Translations under genes and position numbers: made by a program
Part shown: in pieces, positions 37,048-40,241 of the stretch
Layout: every line of letters starts with the position of its first letter
Numbering within the stretch: the first letter of the stretch is position 1
The notes under the pieces: model-generated
The model's database searches: none
Told to the model about the DNA's origin: nothing
The model's input: only the letters and a program-made list of their open reading frames with translations
Origin: Octadecabacter sp.
GTDB lineage: Bacteria; Pseudomonadota; Alphaproteobacteria; Rhodobacterales; Rhodobacteraceae
Direction: 5' to 3'
DNA length: 40,241 nucleotides
Assembly (NCBI GenBank): GCA_018500065.2
Contig: JAHBAO020000108.1
Span: 1-40,241, forward strand

Positions 37048-38365
37048 GAAGGTCTCGCTTTGGCGTTACCTCAAGCTGTTTCGCCAAGACATCCTGTCGG
37101 CGCAGCCTGCGAAACTTTATCGCGCGTGGATGGCGGAGTTTAAGACGCCGTTCTTTCGTAGTTATCTGGTGAATGACCCCGAGCTGGTGAAACGGGTGCT
37201 GAAAGACCGCCCCGATGATTTCCCAAAGTCTGATCGCATTGGTGCTGGCTTGCGCCCCTTGCTGGGGAACTCGGTGTTCTTGACCAATGGTGAGACATGG
37301 AAGCGCCAACGTCGCATTATCGACCCTGCGTTTGAGGGGGGGCGTCTGCGTGACACCTACGGCGCGATGTATGCAGCTGGGGAAGCCGCGGTTGCGCGCA
37401 TGGCGACCAATCTTGGTGTGCAGGATATTGAACCCGAAACGTCCCATGCGGCCGCAGACGTGATCTTTCGCACGCTGTTTTCCATTCCGATTGAGGATGA
37501 AACCGCGAGCGCGGTATTCGAGAAATTCCGCGATCACCAGCGCACCCAGCCGATCCTGAATCTGGCCGCGTTCATCCCCGGTCCGCGCTGGATGCCACGG
37601 TTCTTTCGTCGTGCGACCAAAGACACCGCCGCTGATATTCGACGGTTGATCACAGATTTGACCGAACAACGCATGGCCGAAATTACCGCCGGAACCGCGC
37701 CAAATGATCTGGCGACCAAGATCATGACGACCGCCGATCCCGAGACTGGACAGAAATTCAGCACCGATGAAATGGTCGACCAAGTCGCGATTTTCTTTCT
37801 TGCGGGCCATGAAACCAGCGCCAGCGCCTTGGCATGGACGTTCTATCTGCTGGCCATGTATCCGGACTGGCAGGACAGGCTCGCGGCCGAGGCCGAGGTG
37901 GTTAACGCCGACTTTGCCAGCGTGTCCAAACTGCGCCTATGTCGTGATGTGTTCCGCGAAGCACTGCGTCTTTATCCGCCGGTTCCAATGATGGTGCGTG
38001 AAACCAAGTGCCCCGAGGAAATGCGCAACCGTAAAGCCCCGACAGGGGCGCAGGTCGTGCTTAGCCCGTGGCATCTGCACCGCCATGAACGCCTTTGGGA
38101 CAATCCGGATGGGTTTGACCCGACCCGCTGGGCCACTGAGAACGGTAAGGAATGCCAGCGCAACGCCTATATCCCGTTTTCCGCAGGGCCGCGCGTGTGC
38201 ACGGGGGCGGGCTTTGCGATGGTCGAGGGGCCGTTGTTGCTGGCCATGCTGCTGCGCCGTTTCAAGTTTGAGCTGACGGATAAGGTGCCTGTTCCGGTTG
38301 CCCACCTTACGGTGCGCGCCAAGGATGGGATCTGGCTAAAGATTTCTGAGCGGGATCCGATCTAA
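37016..38365 (+). CDS. Cytochrome P450
   Basis: AGHETSA (I-helix), EALR (ExxR), FDPTRW, FSAGPRVCTG (heme Cys). Confidence 0.96.
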   Translation: MIPPKPPSRPEKVSLWRYLKLFRQDILSAQPAKLYRAWMAEFKTPFFRSYLVNDPELVKRVLKDRPDDFPKSDRIGAGLRPLLGNSVFLTNGETWKRQRRIIDPAFEGGRLRDTYGAMYAAGEAAVARMATNLGVQDIEPETSHAAADVIFRTLFSIPIEDETASAVFEKFRDHQRTQPILNLAAFIPGPRWMPRFFRRATKDTAADIRRLITDLTEQRMAEITAGTAPNDLATKIMTTADPETGQKFSTDEMVDQVAIFFLAGHETSASALAWTFYLLAMYPDWQDRLAAEAEVVNADFASVSKLRLCRDVFREALRLYPPVPMMVRETKCPEEMRNRKAPTGAQVVLSPWHLHRHERLWDNPDGFDPTRWATENGKECQRNAYIPFSAGPRVCTGAGFAMVEGPLLLAMLLRRFKFELTDKVPVPVAHLTVRAKDGIWLKISERDPI

Positions 38366-38646
38366 GCGATTTTAGAATCGCACGAAACTGCCTTCATCGT
38401 TTTCAGCCACGCTATAATCCGTAGCAATCCGACAAGACTGTCGCGAGTTGGCAAACCCAGTTTTCAAGCCGGAAAACAAAATTGGGCATAATTGGGGTGG
38501 AAGGAAATTTCGATAAAGTATTTTGTTTCAATGAGTTAAGCGATTGTTTTGTTCCCGAGGCATCAAATATGACACATTTGCCCTATTCTCCGACGCTCGC
38601 GTGTAACGTAACTTAGGGTTGTGGGGGCTTCATAGGGGTCAAAAGT

Positions 38647-38919
38647 ATGACTGTTGCGAAGCCAATTTATAGTGTTCTGACAGCGCCAAGTAGCGTGATG
38701 TCTTTTCTGCGGACCCGTTTCGGGGCGCCGACAGAAGACCTGTATGTTCCAAAACCAAAGGTTGAACAGCCGCAGCGCGACATGGATCCGTTGATGATGG
38801 ATCGCTCACGTTATGCGCGCCTTCTGGATCATGAGTTGGACCGTCAATTGTTGACACAAGTTGAGCGTGAGGATTCTGATATGCTCAACCGCGTGCGTTC
38901 AGCGCTCTATGAGGCTTGA
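38647..38919 (+). CDS. Hypothetical protein (90 aa)
   Basis: ATG with AGGGG upstream, following an AT-rich intergenic region; fills an otherwise empty gap; no recognisable motif. Confidence 0.55.
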   Translation: MTVAKPIYSVLTAPSSVMSFLRTRFGAPTEDLYVPKPKVEQPQRDMDPLMMDRSRYARLLDHELDRQLLTQVEREDSDMLNRVRSALYEA

Positions 38920-39131
38920 GTGTCGCGCAGGGTGTTGAGAACAAACACCCGTATCGCAGACGCGAGGCCCACATCGCCGCGGGCCTCGTCAATCTTGATC
39001 GCCAAACCGTTGAGCGTTTGATTGCGCTCAGCGGCGATGCGGCGAAACTCATCCCAAAATTCCGGTTCCAATGACACGCTGGTGCGGTGCCCGCGCAGGG
39101 TGAGGCTATGTTTGACGGGGCGGGTGGTCAT
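38907..39131 (-). CDS. Ribbon-helix-helix domain protein (RHH_4-type)
   Basis: KHSLTLRGHRTSVSLEPEFW...LASAIRVFVL. Confidence 0.9.
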   Translation of the reverse strand: MTTRPVKHSLTLRGHRTSVSLEPEFWDEFRRIAAERNQTLNGLAIKIDEARGDVGLASAIRVFVLNTLRDTQAS

Positions 39132-39307
39132 TCGTCTTCGAACTTCAGCTGATCGAGGCGCCCTTTGGCCTGTGCTTCGCGGGCGGCTTCTGCCATCCGC
39201 TCGGCCTTGGTGCGCCCGAACTTGCGGGCGTTCAGATCGGCCTCGGCCTTTTTCTCTGTACGCTCGCGGTCCTTGCGGACTTTGTTCAGGTTTACGATTT
39301 CACTCAT
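39128..39307 (-). CDS. DUF4169 family small protein
   Basis: Not in the track (59 aa): MSEIVNLNKVRKDRERTEKKAEADLNARKFGRTKAERMAEAAREAQAKGRLDQLKFEDE*. ATG immediately after the fumC stop; ATGA overlap with the RHH gene. Confidence 0.88.
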   Translation of the reverse strand: MSEIVNLNKVRKDRERTEKKAEADLNARKFGRTKAERMAEAAREAQAKGRLDQLKFEDE

Positions 39308-40241
39308 TTATTTGGGGCCAATCATGTCCTCAGGGCGCACAACGCGGTCGAATGTTTCTTCGTCGACAAATCCAAGGGCTACGGCTTCTTCACGCAGGGT
39401 CGTGCCGTTCTTATGCGCAGTCTTGGCGACTTTCGTGGCGTTGTCGTAGCCAATTTCAGGGGCCAAAGCTGTCACCAGCATCAGGGATTCCTTCATCAGT
39501 TTGTCGATACGCGCTTCATTGGCTTGCGTGCCAGCCAGCATACGGTCCGTAAAGCTATCCGTGACGTCGCCCAAAAGCTGCATGGATTGCAGCAGGTTAT
39601 ATGACATCATCGGGTTGTAGACGTTCAATTCGAAGTGACCTTGCGAACCTGCAAAACCAATCGCGGCATCATTACCCATGATGTGCGCACAAACCTGCGT
39701 CATGGCTTCGGCTTGTGTCGGGTTCACTTTGCCCGGCATAATCGAGGAACCAGGTTCGTTTTCCGGCAAGATCAATTCACCCAGACCGGACCGCGGACCA
39801 GAGCCCAAGAAACGCATGTCGTTGGCGATTTTGTAGCATGCCATCGCGGTGGTTTTGATTGCGCCGGACATGAAGACCATCGCATCGTGCGCGGCGAGGG
39901 CTTCAAATTTGTTCGGTGCCGTCACAAAAGGCAGGCCCGTGATGTCAGCCATGTGGCCCGCAACCGTTGTGTCCCACCCTTTGTCGGTGTTCAGACCGGT
40001 GCCAACGGCGGTGCCGCCTTGGGCGAGTTCATAAATACCGGGCAGGGCCATCTTGATGCGCTCAATCCCGTTGCGCATCTGCTTGGCGTAGCCGGAGAAT
40101 TCCTGACCCAATGTCAGCGGTGTCGCGTCTTGGGTGTGGGTACGGCCGATCTTGATGATGTCTTTGAACTTTTCGGCTTTGTTTTCCAGCTCGGCTGCGA
40201 ACTTTTCGAGGCCCGGCAACATCACATCGCGTGCGGTCATC
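39308..40241 (-). CDS. fumC: Class II fumarate hydratase (5' end outside the window)
   Basis: [20 protein letters not shown], signature [19 protein letters not shown]. Confidence 0.97.
   Translation of the reverse strand, partial: MTARDVMLPGLEKFAAELENKAEKFKDIIKIGRTHTQDATPLTLGQEFSGYAKQMRNGIERIKMALPGIYELAQGGTAVGTGLNTDKGWDTTVAGHMADITGLPFVTAPNKFEALAAHDAMVFMSGAIKTTAMACYKIANDMRFLGSGPRSGLGELILPENEPGSSIMPGKVNPTQAEAMTQVCAHIMGNDAAIGFAGSQGHFELNVYNPMMSYNLLQSMQLLGDVTDSFTDRMLAGTQANEARIDKLMKESLMLVTALAPEIGYDNATKVAKTAHKNGTTLREEAVALGFVDEETFDRVVRPEDMIGPK

Overview
Chromosomal window from a Rhodobacterales (Roseobacter-group-like) alphaproteobacterium, judged from gene content and order. Most of it is core genome: lptD(partial)-lptG-lptF divergent from pepA-holC, an ABC-F ATPase, ndk, tRNA-Asn(GTT), a CAT-anticodon tRNA (probably Ile2), purM-purN-rnd, sufE, a split B12-dependent methionine-synthase cluster (bmt / corrinoid protein / DUF1638), an MprF-like gene, the F1Fo zeta inhibitor, purC-purS-purQ, a dctB/dctD-like pair, rne, tusA, ccdA, an alpha/beta-hydrolase + cytochrome P450 pair, and fumC (partial). 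The one clear accessory element is a 2.1 kb decayed islet in the 3' end of tRNA-Asn, bounded by a 22 bp direct repeat (11831-11852 / 13951-13972). It holds a truncated integrase N-terminus with four 12-bp-period repeats upstream, and one intact GSU2403-like nucleotidyltransferase gene preceded by a perfect 13-8-13 inverted repeat plus a third half-site. This islet is the best candidate for an uncharacterised toxin/defence-type system. Features missing from the ORF track: lptD, a 38-aa small protein with C-rich 3' hairpins, a 5'-truncated lytic transglycosylase remnant, a DUF4169 gene and REP-like double palindromes. All family calls come from motif recognition by eye; no searches were run.
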